Shown: positions 38,145-49,500 of the stretch, piece after piece
Layout: each line of letters begins with the position of its first letter
Position numbering within the stretch: position 1 is the stretch's first letter
DNA from: Paraspadella gotoi
Lineage: Eukaryota; Animalia; Chaetognatha
Reading direction: 5' to 3'
Assembly: GCA_051294375.1 (NCBI GenBank)
Contig: JBJCIZ010000239.1
Location: forward strand, 3,463,828 to 3,527,827
Length of the DNA stretch: 64,000 bases
The notes under the pieces: generated by a model
Told to the model about the DNA's origin: nothing
Seen by the model: only the letters and a program-made list of their open reading frames with translations
Databases searched by the model: none
Translations under genes and position numbers: made by a program

Positions 38145-41100
38145 GTCCTTCTGAGGACCGATGTTAATTGATAATAATTGTTGAATCCTTGAAAATAAAA
38201 AAACAAACTCGTTGTCTGAAAATAAACAAAAATTAAACAATTTCGCTTAATTCTACTGTAAATAATTTAAACAAATATAAAAGTTAAAAGCATTATCAAG
38301 TAGTCGGACATTTTGGGACAGTTGAGCATGCTGCCCGCGCTCGTTTATCGTTGGCCGTAAACTCTCCCAGGTGAGGATAGAAGCTGCTGCAAATGCTGTG
38401 GCGGGAATCTTCCTCGATCAACTCGAGTTTTCTGAAGGTGAGGAGAGGTGAGGGGCGAGTGAGAGGAAAAAAATAGTCGGTTCACGTGTGCGCACCGTTT
38501 TTTACCGGGATCCCTGATGCAAGACCGACGGCGACCGACCGACGACCGACCCGACCGACCACGACCCGACGACCGAGACCTACCAGACCGACCGACGACC
38601 GCACCGACCGACGCCGACGACGACCGACCACCGACCGACCATCGCGACCCGACCGACCGACCGACCTAGACCGACCGACCGACCGACGATCGGCGACCGA
38701 CCGACCGACCGACCGACCGGGATCGACCGACCGGACCGACCGACCGACCGACCGACCGACGACCGCCGACCGAACCGAGACCGACCGACCGACCGACCGA
38801 CCGACCGACCCGACCACGGGCGCACCGGGACGATCGAAAAGTGAATTATAGAGTTGCTCAAAGAGTTCTCGTGACGCAACTAAAAATAAGTGAGCGGCAG
38901 AAAGAGAGAGTATTAAGATAACTAGAGCAAAGAAGAGATGGAGAGAGAGAGAGAGTTAGCAATGTCCCCCTATCACGCTATAAATGTTCAGTGTGCCGGT
39001 GTAGAGAAACACCTTTCATGCCCTGGTACGTCATCGGGGCACTACCTGCGAAGACGGCAGCCGCTTGGCGTGGCAACCAATCAGGTGTCCAAAGCCCAAC
39101 CCGTTCTCATGTGTAGGGGTTATAGAGTGGCATATTTGCACTTGGCTCACGAGTAAAATGTATTTAGCTTATGCTGGTTTAAGCAGACTTCTACTAATGA
39201 AAAGATGGACATTCATCTCAGCCGACCTAAGCCGCTTTATCCCGTAAGCACAGAAGAATCGAATTCAACAAGTAATTTAAAATGTGTTGGCGCGCAACTG
39301 ACTGCCTTATTACTAATATTTTCTTGTGACAACATGACATACATGAACCAACGATGCATGACATGCGGCTAGCAGACAACTGAAATTTGAAGTTGTTTTT
39401 TTTTTTTTTTTCTATCTTAACCAAATGAGCAATCATCAACTATAGGCCAAATTATAGCGGCATTTTTTAACGTACAGACATACCGACCGACGGACCCGAC
39501 CGACCGAAAAGTGGTCCTCATAGTAGAAAAAAGTATAATTTTGAGCACCGAATTCGTTCGGTCGTCGTTCCGCTTCCGTCACTGTACCACAGATCCGATC
39601 TAAGAAAAATCCAAAACATTTTAAACGAATCTTAAATTCGGACGATTCGATTGACGCCGAGGAACGAAAGACCTCACGGCCGTTTTTTTTCCCAGAACGC
39701 CCCCCGCCCCACCTTTTTTTTTATTCTTAAATTCTAAAAATTAGGACTTGAGGTTAAATTCTTTTTAGTTTTTTAAAGAAAAAAATTATTATTCCATCTA
39801 CGCGTTCCTCTCACGGTCGGTCTTTTGTTTAAAAAATCCAATCGTTATTTTAATCAATATATACGGCTCATCAATTTTTTGTTCGGGCGATATTTTCTCT
39901 GTCTTCTCCACGTTAGTCGGGTCTTGAAGTAATTTTTTTTTCACCATTGGGATTTTGAATTCGAGGGAGAAAGATTTTTCAATGTATTTAAAATAAAGTA
40001 TTATCAATTACACGATGTATTTTTAGCGTTATTTATAAAAAAAATCGAATTTTGACTCCATTCCAATAATTTAATCTGGTACTTATGCTTTTCTGTTATT
40101 GACCAGTATTAAAAAAAAATTGACCAAGTTTCTGATCTATACTTTACAAAAAAAAAAAGGCAATGGCCTAGTTGTAAATGTTAGGTACCATAAAAAATAA
40201 TTTATTTCGTGATTTTCATTTGCCAAGTTCTGTCTATGACTAAAAAAATATTGCCAATGTAATATTTATTTTATATTTATTTATTTATTTATTAGATAAA
40301 TATTTACTCGTGAATTTTTCAATTTGCTGTGTCCGCGATTGATCCTTAATCGTGTTAATTTTATAAATTAATCTTTTTCTTTTTTTAGTTCTATTAGCGG
40401 CATTTAGTCTCGCGTCAATGCTCATTTATCTCGTAAGTCAATTTTTTCTTTTAATCGTTTTATCGCGCATCTTTTTATCGTCTTAACTCTCAAAACGTTC
40501 TTTTATTTCAACTAAAAAAAAAAAAAGATTGAATTATGCTCACGTGGTTGGCGTAGGGCCAGACAGAATTCGAAAAATTTGATCCGTCGTCACCTACCAC
40601 TGGTTTCCTTATGCTTTGGATTTTGACCGAAGTCTGATTCATGAGGTCGTCGAAAAATCTATCGGAAGTCGCAGGGGAAAAACAATTTTTTTTTTTGGGG
40701 GAGTCAAATTGCGCGTCAATCGATCGCAAAAGCGCATTTTCCGGGTCATCCGGGGGTTCTTTTGAGGGATCGCTGGACGGTGAGGACACGGCGGTTCGGG
40801 GCCCATCGTGGGATTGTTTGGATGGAGTCATGTTTTGGCCTCATTTGAAGGATTAGGGGAAAACTTGTTCGTTGGCGAGCGTCAATTGTACAATGTTCGT
40901 TAACTTTGCCATATTTTTTTTTTTTTTTTTTGCCGAGTTTCAGCTCTGTAGTACGAATTGTGCTCGATCATGTACTAATTTTTCTTTTTATATAGTCGCG
41001 TAAAATATTTGTAACCGTTTCTCAATCTTCCCAAAACACAAAAGGGAACTATACTTTTTTAGATACTTAATTTATCTAATTTTATATATACTTTCTTCAT

Positions 41101-42471
41101 TATTTAAATTTCAAAGATTAAATATATGGCCGTTTAAAAGTAACATTTTTTTAAAATTAATTCCTGACAAAGACTCTAAATGCAAAGAGCTCGGAAACAA
41201 ATGTCCGGACTAAATATAAAGCTGTCAAACTAAAATTCGTCGTAGATAAATCAAAAACCGGGTTCCTTTTTTCCTAAATTTCGTAAACGCAACGAAAAAG
41301 AAAGTAAAATATATAATTATCCTAAAATAACACTTTTTTTCGTATCTTGACGGTTTTTGTCCAAAATCGTTCTTCGTTGGATCGTCATGACGCCTGTTCT
41401 TCGCTTGGGAAGCCACGCGACTGTCCTGAAGGAGAGAGAGGGAGTGAAAGAGAAACGAGAAAGGAAACGAGACAGAGAGGAGGGGGGGGAGAAAGGAGGA
41501 AGGGCGGGAGGAAAAAGGGCAGATGAGAGAGAGGAATTGTGGGCAAAGAGGGAGAAGCAATATTTGGAGAGATGACAGAAAGGAAGAGAAGAGAAGAGAG
41601 TGAATAGAAATAATTAGGGAGAGAGAGAAAGACCGAAACATGGAAAGCACAGGCCATCGCGGTGAATGTGAAATGAGCCAGTACCTTTGGAATTTATCGA
41701 GAGAGAGAGAGAGGATGAGAGAGGAGAGAATTCAGCGCTTTCATTTACAATTTTTAAGAAACTGAAACTTTTTGCGTTTCACATCACAGGGAAATAACAT
41801 CAACAACAACATCAAAACAACCAACAACAACAACAACCTGACGACGACGCATTGATGTTTGTTGGATAAGCGTCGTCTCGAGAGAGATGCGGCTCTGCAG
41901 CGTCGTTCGCGGAATCCTTCTGCCATCGCTTTGGGTTCGCCGAGTGTTGATGTTCCAAAAACTCGGCATTGCTGAATTGATCAGGCGAAGAGAGAACAGG
42001 GGGGGGGAAGGCCAAGTCAAAAGCTTATTTAGTAACTCACTAAATTTAGTTTCGGATACTCCGTGTATGAAAAAAACTAAACGTGAGTAAGTATTTTTGA
42101 CTACTATTCGAAATAAAAGGTTTTTCTTCGCAATACTTATCCTTTTTTTAAAAATTTAAGCCAAAGAAAATTCACTTTTATTCCCCGGCTACTACAATTT
42201 CACGCAAGGCATCTTTAACTTTCGTAGCCCTCGCTTCCTCCTTTCGAACAAACGCGGACGAGGCCTTTTCGGCACTCACTTGCCCATCGTCGTTCCGCGA
42301 AAAATTCCCAAGGCTTCCCTTCAGCGTCCCCAATGTTGGCGTTCCGCTTCTCTTCCTCGGCCATGACGGAAGGGGAAGTTGAGATGCCTCACTCTGGAGG
42401 AGTCGGAGGGGGGCGGGAGATGAGATTGATGTGAGAGAGAGAGAGAGAAGTGAGAGAGATAGAGTGAGAGA

Positions 42472-42509
<38 letters not shown>

Positions 42510-45420
42510 AGAGAGAAGAGGTGAGAGAGAGGAGAGAGGGAATGAAACTTACTACGCGTTCGAGGATGAAAACAGCCTGTGATATTAGTGTTATTAGTTA
42601 TTAGTTATAGTGTTATTAGTATTATTACGCGACTAAATAACATACCGTCCGGAAGTAAAGCGGATCTCGCCTGAAGTTAGCGACGAGCGTGTCGACCTCC
42701 TCGAGCTTTGGCGAGTCCCGATGAGACCGACGCGACTTCGGGTGAGGGATCCACCGCGTCAAGGCGGGTCGTCGCGCAATTTCGTCGCTGTTGATCAGTT
42801 TCCTTTTGGTTTTTTAAGGGGATGGGGAGTGTAAAGTGAAATTAATTTTTTTTTAAGGGGCTCTTAATAACTTTGATAAATAAAAAAAACGATGATTCGG
42901 AAATCGCGTTTTATTCGCGGTATATTCGTGGATATTTCACATTTAAAACAGATTCAGATTCGGCCAAAATAAATTATTTAAAATCGAAACTGATTTAAAA
43001 TATATAATGGTACTTTGATTTATTTCTATTTAAAAAAAAAACAAAAACAAAACTTGTATTTGAAAAATATGTAAAATGAAAAAAAAAAAAAATTAGGTTA
43101 CTCTTGTCAACCTACTTCATATTCAGTGCTTTCCCTTTTAATAACAAGAGTTATAAAAAATTTAAAACCTTATAATCAGATATTACCACAAAAAATCTTT
43201 TAAATTTTATTTTTGGCCCGCCTCCCCCAAAAAATTAAGTAATTTTCAATAATATATGTTTAAAAAAATATATCCCATAATCCATTTATTCGACAATGAA
43301 CTTTCTTGCCCTAGACTATCTTAAACGGCTACCGCGGACGTATAGACAATCCCCAAGGTGCTCGACATTATAACTCCTGTAATCTACTCTAATCTATGTA
43401 CACTTAATCTACTCTATTCTAATTTACTCTAATCTACTCATCACCGCTTCTCTCTTCGCAATGCACACCTGCAAATAAACCTCCCATAAAGGCAAACTCG
43501 AGCTCATCCCGCCGCCGGCCTCGCTGATTTTACGCCTCACATTATACTCCTGATCTACTCTAATCTACTCCACACAATCTACTCTTATTCTAACACTCTA
43601 AATCTACTCCCCACCGCTTCATCTCTTCGCAAAGCACACCTTGCAAATAACACCTCCCGTATTAAGCGACTTGAGCTCGTCCGCCGCAGCCTCCCCGCTG
43701 ACGGGACGCCCTCCAGATCGAGAGCTGGGTCGGCCGCGTCGACGATCTTCAACGCCGGGCGGAAGTTTGGGTCGCAGCGGTCGGACGAAGGACTCGGGCT
43801 TCGCGTGCGTCAACGATGGAGACCCACGGAAATCCGAATCGAGGGCTGAAGCAGTTGATGTCGTCGTCGTCTGCTTGTAGGGCCGGTTTGCTGAATAGGG
43901 GGGGGAGGTAGCGGTGTCTCGGAATATGTCGTTATGGAAAAAAAAACAACTAATATTAATAAGCATTCGTGAAATTAGTGAAATGAAATAATAAGAAAAA
44001 CGAAGTTTGAAAGATAAGAGAAAATAATCTCGGGCCTGCCTACAATATGCAAATGAGATTAATGGGGTTGGAGTTAGGGGGAGGAGGGAGGGGGGAAGAC
44101 GAGTCTGTGGTAATCTCCGTAAAAAGTGACAACGCACAAAACTCCGATACCCGTTAACAGGACCCGAAATTCCCACTATGACCTCTGATGACCTCAATGA
44201 CTCTGATGACCTCACAAAAAAATTCCTCCCATCGCCTCCAAGGAGGACAGTCACGTGAACCCAAACGACCTCAAATCGGTGAGAGGGTCGGTCGTCTCTT
44301 CCAACACGCAATCGAATTAACTCGACGAGAACCGCGCAAAGCGCTCTCCGCGTTAGAAGGAATTCGGAGGAGCTCTAAAAAAAAACCAACAAAAAAAAAA
44401 TAAAAAATTCATTCGTGAAAGAAAAAACAAATTACTACGCATATAAAAAAATATTTGATTCATTGATAGGGAAGCCGGGTAGCTTGGGGAGTGAATAAAC
44501 GAGACTGTGAGAGAGTCTTTTGATTGAAAGCTTGCAGGGAGGTTTGCTACGTCGTTATCTGTAAGCAGTATGGAGGCCTAAACGCACCAAAGCCTGTCCC
44601 AAAGTCGGGGGGAAGATAGCTATTTATAAGTGAATGGATAATTAATTATATTGGTAGCACCAATTTTTTTTAACACACCATAACGACATAAAAAAACATA
44701 TCACCTCAACAATACATATATAACACAACATAAAAAAATGGAAATGAAATAAAGCGAAGAAAAACATTACCAAATAAAAACAACAAAAAAAAAAAAAATA
44801 ACAATTTCCCGAGTAGCGACAACGCAGACCAACGATAACAATAACAACGGTCAGCAAGGGAAACCAAACAACGACAACGACAACAACGACGACAGCGTAA
44901 TGGACTTTTTAAAGCGTGAAGCACGTGTCGACGTGAGGCAGGGCCTCGAACGCCGCCGTGGAATCTTGTGACGACGAAAGGCTGCGAAGTTTGTGTCTTG
45001 AAAGAAGAGTCCCGGAGAAAGACGGAGTTTGATGGCCGTTGGTCCTGATGATTCCATTTTAATGAATGAATGAATGGAATGAAATGATGATGAATGATGA
45101 AAAAATAAATAAATAAATTTACTTCAAAGAATGGAAATTATTTATCTTAATTAATTATTTAATTAAAAAATGAAATAAATATTAAACGAACGAAAAAGAG
45201 AGACGAACACGAAAAACTTCACATTGGAATCTGTGGTTGTTCGAGGTGTTCGGAAAATGCCGAAGAAGCCACGCCTCCCACTTGCGCCGTCGACGACCTT
45301 GTCCCGGCGGCGAATCGTTGGAAAAGGAGGGGGCGAAAAGGCCTCGATTCCTCTCTTCATTTGTTGGAGAATGTCTCGGTTGGCTATCAAGTCTTTCCCT
45401 CCGCTCCCTAAGGGTTTTTT
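24753..45420 (-). CDS. CFAP61: Cilia- and flagella-associated protein 61 (C20orf26), divergent; extreme 5' exon(s) not seen in the window
   Basis: Exons in the expected order (approximate): 45215-45410 (IEAFASFHDSPP..WEAWL), 44890-45045, 43640-43925 (FRPALKI...LKSLYGRCYL), 42645-42800, 37186-37355, 36535-36736 (DEFMRV...LPQELHLFNRAGL), 36013-36101, 35362-35441 (FAFVAVVNDEVVGYAL), 34457-34658 (EEHGHIHHFVLSPIY...EIMRL), 33756-33916 (HFVPIRPRHALVYP), 33319-33433 (RIVVVGASTTGLSFL), 33033-33108, 32280-32455 (VRGRVTRIDR...YDVLILTPG), 31251-31408, 30544-30701 (KIVVYG), 30261-30435, 29933-30008, 29449-29551 (LVYDGGITINNRFET.DPCIKAAGP), 29126-29331, 28789-28940, 28425-28652 (ILNNL...DLFDFFSEDWIYAVLIDRF), 28141-28260, 27222-27279, 25680-25782, 24753-24876 (TAA). 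Motifs recalled from vertebrate CFAP61. Confidence 0.9.
25010..25095 (-). mobile_element. DINE-1/HINE-like element 5' end (hairpin plus GGTC/GTCY microsatellite), truncated
   Basis: TTTTTAGTTGAGCCGCGAGTCCTCGCGGAGCAACTCTATAAGTCACTTTTCGGTCGGTC on the - strand. Confidence 0.65.
25100..25672. repeat. (AAAT)n tract in a CFAP61 intron
   Basis: Direct inspection. Confidence 0.95.
25810..27130. repeat. TTTTTGTC/TTTTAGTG 8-bp composite satellite in a CFAP61 intron
   Basis: Direct inspection; interrupted by unalignable sequence at ~25870-26135. Confidence 0.93.
27600..27932 (-). mobile_element. DINE-1/HINE-like element (inverted copy at 18420-18750)
   Basis: Hairpin GTCGGATCTGCT-TATC-AGCAGATCCCGAC, core TCTATAATTCACTTTT, (GTCC/GTCT)n microsatellite. 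Confidence 0.65.
34071..34105 (+). pseudogene. tRNA-Leu 3' fragment with genomically present CCA
   Basis: CGGAGGCGTGGGTTCGAATCCCACCGCTGCCA+CCA matches the variable arm, T-arm and acceptor 3' strand of metazoan tRNA-Leu (AAG/TAG type); 5' half absent. Confidence 0.75.
35255..35330 (-). mobile_element. Diverged DINE-1/HINE-like 5' end
   Basis: TTTTGGTCGCGCCCACGAGGCCGAGCGACTGTATAAATCAATTTTTTTCAGTCGGTCCGTC on the - strand. Confidence 0.5.
35700..35852 (-). mobile_element. Possible tRNA-derived SINE remnant
   Basis: A-box-like TGGTGCCTGAGG and B-box-like GGTTCTAGCCC at tRNA-like spacing, then a GC-rich body; single copy in the window. Confidence 0.35.
36124..36250 (+). mobile_element. DINE-1/HINE-like element
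   Basis: TTTTAGTTGCGCCGCGAGTGCTCGCGGAGCAACTCTGTAAGTCACTTTTTGGTCGG; body matches the reverse complement of 39410-39520. Confidence 0.65.
37855..38015. repeat. ~39-bp AT-rich minisatellite (AAAACTCGTAAAATGTAACTTGTGACCTTATAAAATTAT)
   Basis: 4-5 units; also at ~47340-47500 and ~56495-56692. Confidence 0.88.
38480..38886 (-). mobile_element. DINE-1/HINE-like element with expanded (GGTC)n array (copies ~48010-48378, ~57240-57406)
   Basis: TTTTTAGTTGCGTCACGAGAACTCTTTGAGCAACTCTATAATTCACTTTTCGA followed by ~300 bp of (GGTC)n. Confidence 0.65.
39405..39525 (-). mobile_element. HINE-like fragment related to 36124-36250
   Basis: Shared GTCGGTATGTC...GCCTATAGTT..TTGCTCATTTG.TTAAGA.AGAAAAAA. Confidence 0.55.
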
Positions 45421-45464
45421 TCGGAGGTTGCGTGAGGAGGGGGGGGAATGGTGGTAAAAGAAGA

Positions 45465-46552
45465 CGAGGGAAGGGGAATGAGAAAAAAAAAAAAGCAAGG
45501 GAAGGGGAAATAGAAAAGAGCAGGAAGGGGAAATGAGAGACAGAAAAAAAGAGCAAGGGAAGGGAATGAGAAAAAGAAAAAAAAGAGCATGGGAAGGGGA
45601 ATGTGAAAAAGAAAAAAAGAGCAAGGGAAGGGGAATGGAGAAAAAAAGAAAAAAGAAGCAAGAAAGGGGAATAAGAAAAGAACAAGGGAAGGGGAAACTG
45701 AGATTAAAGAAAAAGGGCAAAAGGGAGGGGAATGGAAAAAGAAAAAAAAGAATGGGAAATGGGGAAATTTGTGAAAAGAAAAAAAAGAGAAAAAAAGGGA
45801 GGGAATGGAAAAAAAAGAAAAAAAAAGAGCAAGGGAAGGGGAATAAGAAAAAGACAAGGGAAGGGGAATGAGAAGAAAGAAAAAAGCGCAAAGGGAGGGG
45901 AATGAGAGAAAAGAAAAAAAAGAGCATGGAAGGAATGAGAAAAAGAAAGAGCAAGGGGAAGGGAATAAGAAAAAGAAAAAAAGAGGAGCATGGAAGGGAT
46001 GAGAAAAAAAAGAGCAGGGGAAAGGAGAATGAGAAAAGAAAAAGAGCAAAGGGAAGGGGAATGGAGAGAAAAGAAAAAAAAGAGCAAGGGGAGGGAATGA
46101 GAAAAGAAAAAAAAAAAGAGGCACGGGAAGGGGGAATAAAGAAAAAGAAAAAAAAAAGAGCAAGGGAAGGGGAATAAGAAAAAGAAAAAAAAAAGCAAGG
46201 GAAGGGGAAAAGAAAAAGACAAAAAGAGCAAGGGAAGGGGAAATAAAAAGAAAAAAAGAAGCAAGGGAAAAGGGAATAAGAAAAAGAAAAAAAGAGCAAG
46301 GGAAGGGGGAAATGAGAAGAAAAAGAGCAAGAGGGAAGGGAATGAAAAGAAAAGAGCGGCAAAAGGGAAGGAAAGGAAAAAAAAAAAAAAAAGCAAAAGG
46401 GGAAGGAGATGAGAGAAGAAAAAGAGGCAAGAAGGGGAAGGAAATCGAAGAGAAAGAAAAAAAGAGCAAGGAGGAGAATTGAGAAAAAAAAAAGAGCAAG
46501 GGAAGAGGGATGAGAAAAAGAAAAAGAGCAAGGGAAGGGGAATAAGAAAAAG
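45465..46552. repeat. Polypurine ~30-bp minisatellite (GAGCAAGGGAAGGGGAATRAGAAAAA...), intronic
   Basis: Identical copy at 54958-56045, partial copy at ~63545-63830. Confidence 0.92.
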
Positions 46553-46577
46553 NNNNNNNNNNNNNNNNNNNNNNNNN

Positions 46578-49500
46578 AAAAAAAAACAAAAAAACAAAGA
46601 AGCAAAGAAACAAAAACTCTGCTTTCAAATTACCCACTCACCGCCAAAAAATCGAGGCGGGGAAATATTGAGAAAATGTGGGGAGAGAAATCTCTGCTTC
46701 TCGAGTAACGAAATCCTGACGAATTGAAGTAAGTGAAGGCCAACGACCGACGTTGCTCTCGGAAATGGGCGGCGCCGCCGCGTCGGCGTCGGCGTCGGCT
46801 GATTGGTCCGCTGACGCAGCTGGCGATTTTTTTTTTGGGGGGGGAGATTGATGAAGGGGAATCGGGATAATTCTGTTTTTTAAGTCTTTTTATACTTTTT
46901 TTTGGGGAGGGGGGGCTATTATATAAATTTCTGTCTTTTTTCCCCTTTGTTTTTAGACTATCCGTTTTGCTTTATTTATTATTTCTTTATATTTTCTCTG
47001 GCTTTGTTCTCATATTTTTTTAAAACTTTTTTATTTTTATCATAATTTTTTTTTAAATCGCATTTTTTTATGTCCCTGTTTTTTTTTTCTCTTCTTTCTT
47101 TTTTTTTTCCCTTTTTCTTCCTCATACTATTTCCTTTTTTTTGGGGGGGGTATGTAATCTTTCCTCTTTTTTTCTTTCTTTTTTTTTCCTTCTTTTTTCT
47201 CCTTTCCTTCCTCCTTCCTTCCCTCTTTACCCTCCTTTTTCCCTCCTCTTCCTTCTCTTCTCTTTCCTCCGCGTTCTTATTGACGTTCAACAATGTCTTT
47301 ATTTTCGTTGGTTCTCTGTCGAATCAACGAAGAAACTTGTCAAATGTAACCTTGTGACCTATATATTAAAACTCGTAAAATGTAACTTGTGACCTTATAA
47401 AATTATAAAACTCGTAAAATGTAACTTGTGACCACTTTAAAAAATTATAAAACTCGTAAAAAGTAAACTTATAAAATTATAAAAACTTCGTAAAATGTAC
47501 CAACCTAATTTTACCATTAAAAAATTCAGTTAATTCTCTCTCTCTCTCTTCTCTCTCTCTCCTCTCTCTTCTCTCTCTCTCTTCTCTCTCTCTCTCTCTC
47601 TCTCTCTCACCTCTCTCTCTCGTCTCTCTCTCTGTCCTTCTGAGGACCGATGTTAATTGATAATAATTGTTTGAATCCTTGAAAATAAAAAAACAAACTC
47701 GTTGTCTGAAAATAAACAAAAATTAAACAATTTCGCTTTAATTCTACTGTAAATAATTTAACAAATATAAAAGTTAAAAGCATTATCAAGTAGTCGGACA
47801 TTTTGGGACAGTTGAGCATGCTGCCCGCGCTCGTTATCGTTGGCCGTAAACTCTCCCAGGTGAGGATAGAAGCTGCTGCAAATGCTGTGGCGGGAATCTT
47901 CCTCGATCAACTCGAGTTTCTGAAGGTGAGGAGAGGTGAGGGGCGAGTGAGAGGAAAAAAATAGCTCCGTTAACGGTTGCAGCCGGTTCTTTATTCACGT
48001 GCATCCCGATGAAGAACCGACGACGACCGACCGACACCGACACGACCGACCACCGACCAGACCGACCGCGACCTACCGACCGACCGACCCGACCGCGACC
48101 GACCGACGCCCGACACGACCGACACCGAACCGACCATCGGACCGACCGACCGACCGACCACGACCGACCGACCGACCGAACACCCGCCACCGACCGACCG
48201 ACCGACCGACCGATCGACCGACCGGACCGACCGACCGACCGACCGACCGACGACCGACCGACCGACCGGACCACCGACCGACCGACCGACCGACCGACCG
48301 ACCGGGGACCGAGGAGACGACCTTCGAAAAGTGAATTATAGGAGTTGCTCAAAGAGTTTCTCGTGACGCAAACTAAAAAATAAGTGAGCGGCAGAAAGAG
48401 AGAGTTATTAAGATAACAGAGCAAAGAAGAGATAGGAGAGAGAGAGAGAGGAGATGTCCCTATCACCCATAATGACTCTTCAGTGTGACCGGTCAGGAAA
48501 ACAGCTTCATGACCCTAGGTGGTTTCATCGGGGCCACTACCTGCGGTTGGCGCAGCCGCCTTGTGCAACCACAGGTGTCCACCCAGAACCCGTCCATGGC
48601 AGGGGTTAAATTATTCATATCGCCATTAGGTTCCAGAGTAAAATGTATTGAGAAACTTATGCCGGTTAAGCCCAACTTCCCTACAGATGGAGAGAGGCTT
48701 CATCAGCCGACTAAGCCGCTTTATCCCGTAGCACAGAAGAATGAATTCAACAAGTAATTAAAATGTTGTTGGGCGTCGCAACTGACTGCCTTATACTAAT
48801 ATTTTCTTGTGACATGACATGACATTTACATGACTACAACGATGCATGACATGCGGCTAGCAGACACTGAAATTTGAAGTTGTTTTTTTTTTTTTATTCT
48901 ATCTTAACCAAATGAGCAATTCATCAACTATAGGCCAATTTATAGCGGCATTTTTTAACGTACAGACATACCGACCGACGGACCCGGACCGACCGAAAAG
49001 TGGTCTCATAGTAGAAAAAAGTATAATTTTGAGCACCGAATCGTTCCGTCGTCGTTCGCTTCCGTTCACTTGACCCACGAGATCCGATCTAAAGAAAAAT
49101 CCAAAACATTTTAAAACGAATCTTTAAATTCGGACGAGTTCGATTGACGCCGAGGAACGCAAGACCCACGGCCGTTTATTTTTCCAGAACGCCCCCGCCC
49201 ACCTTTTTTTTTATTCTTAAAAAATTCTAAAAATTAGGACTTGGGTTAAATTTCTTTTTAGTTTTTAAAGAAAAAAAATTATTATTCCATCTTACGCCTT
49301 CCTCCCACGTCGGTCATTTTTGTTTAAAAATCAATCGTTATTATTAATCCCAATATATAGGCTCATCAATTTTTGTTCGGGCGATATTTTCTCTGTCCTT
49401 CTCAGACGTTAGTCGGGTCTTGAAGTAATTTTTTTTCACCATTGGGATTTTGAATTCGAGGGAGAAAGATTTTCAATGTATTTAAAATAAAGTATTATCA

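Noticed and set aside
38482-38879. RPTD/GRSV-repeat ORFs
   Set aside because: Translation of the (GACC)n array in a HINE-like element
45420-46637. 400-480 aa Phe/Pro/Ser-rich ORFs (also 54900-56024 and 63500-63931)
   Set aside because: Intronic purine minisatellite; only the adjacent short exon is coding
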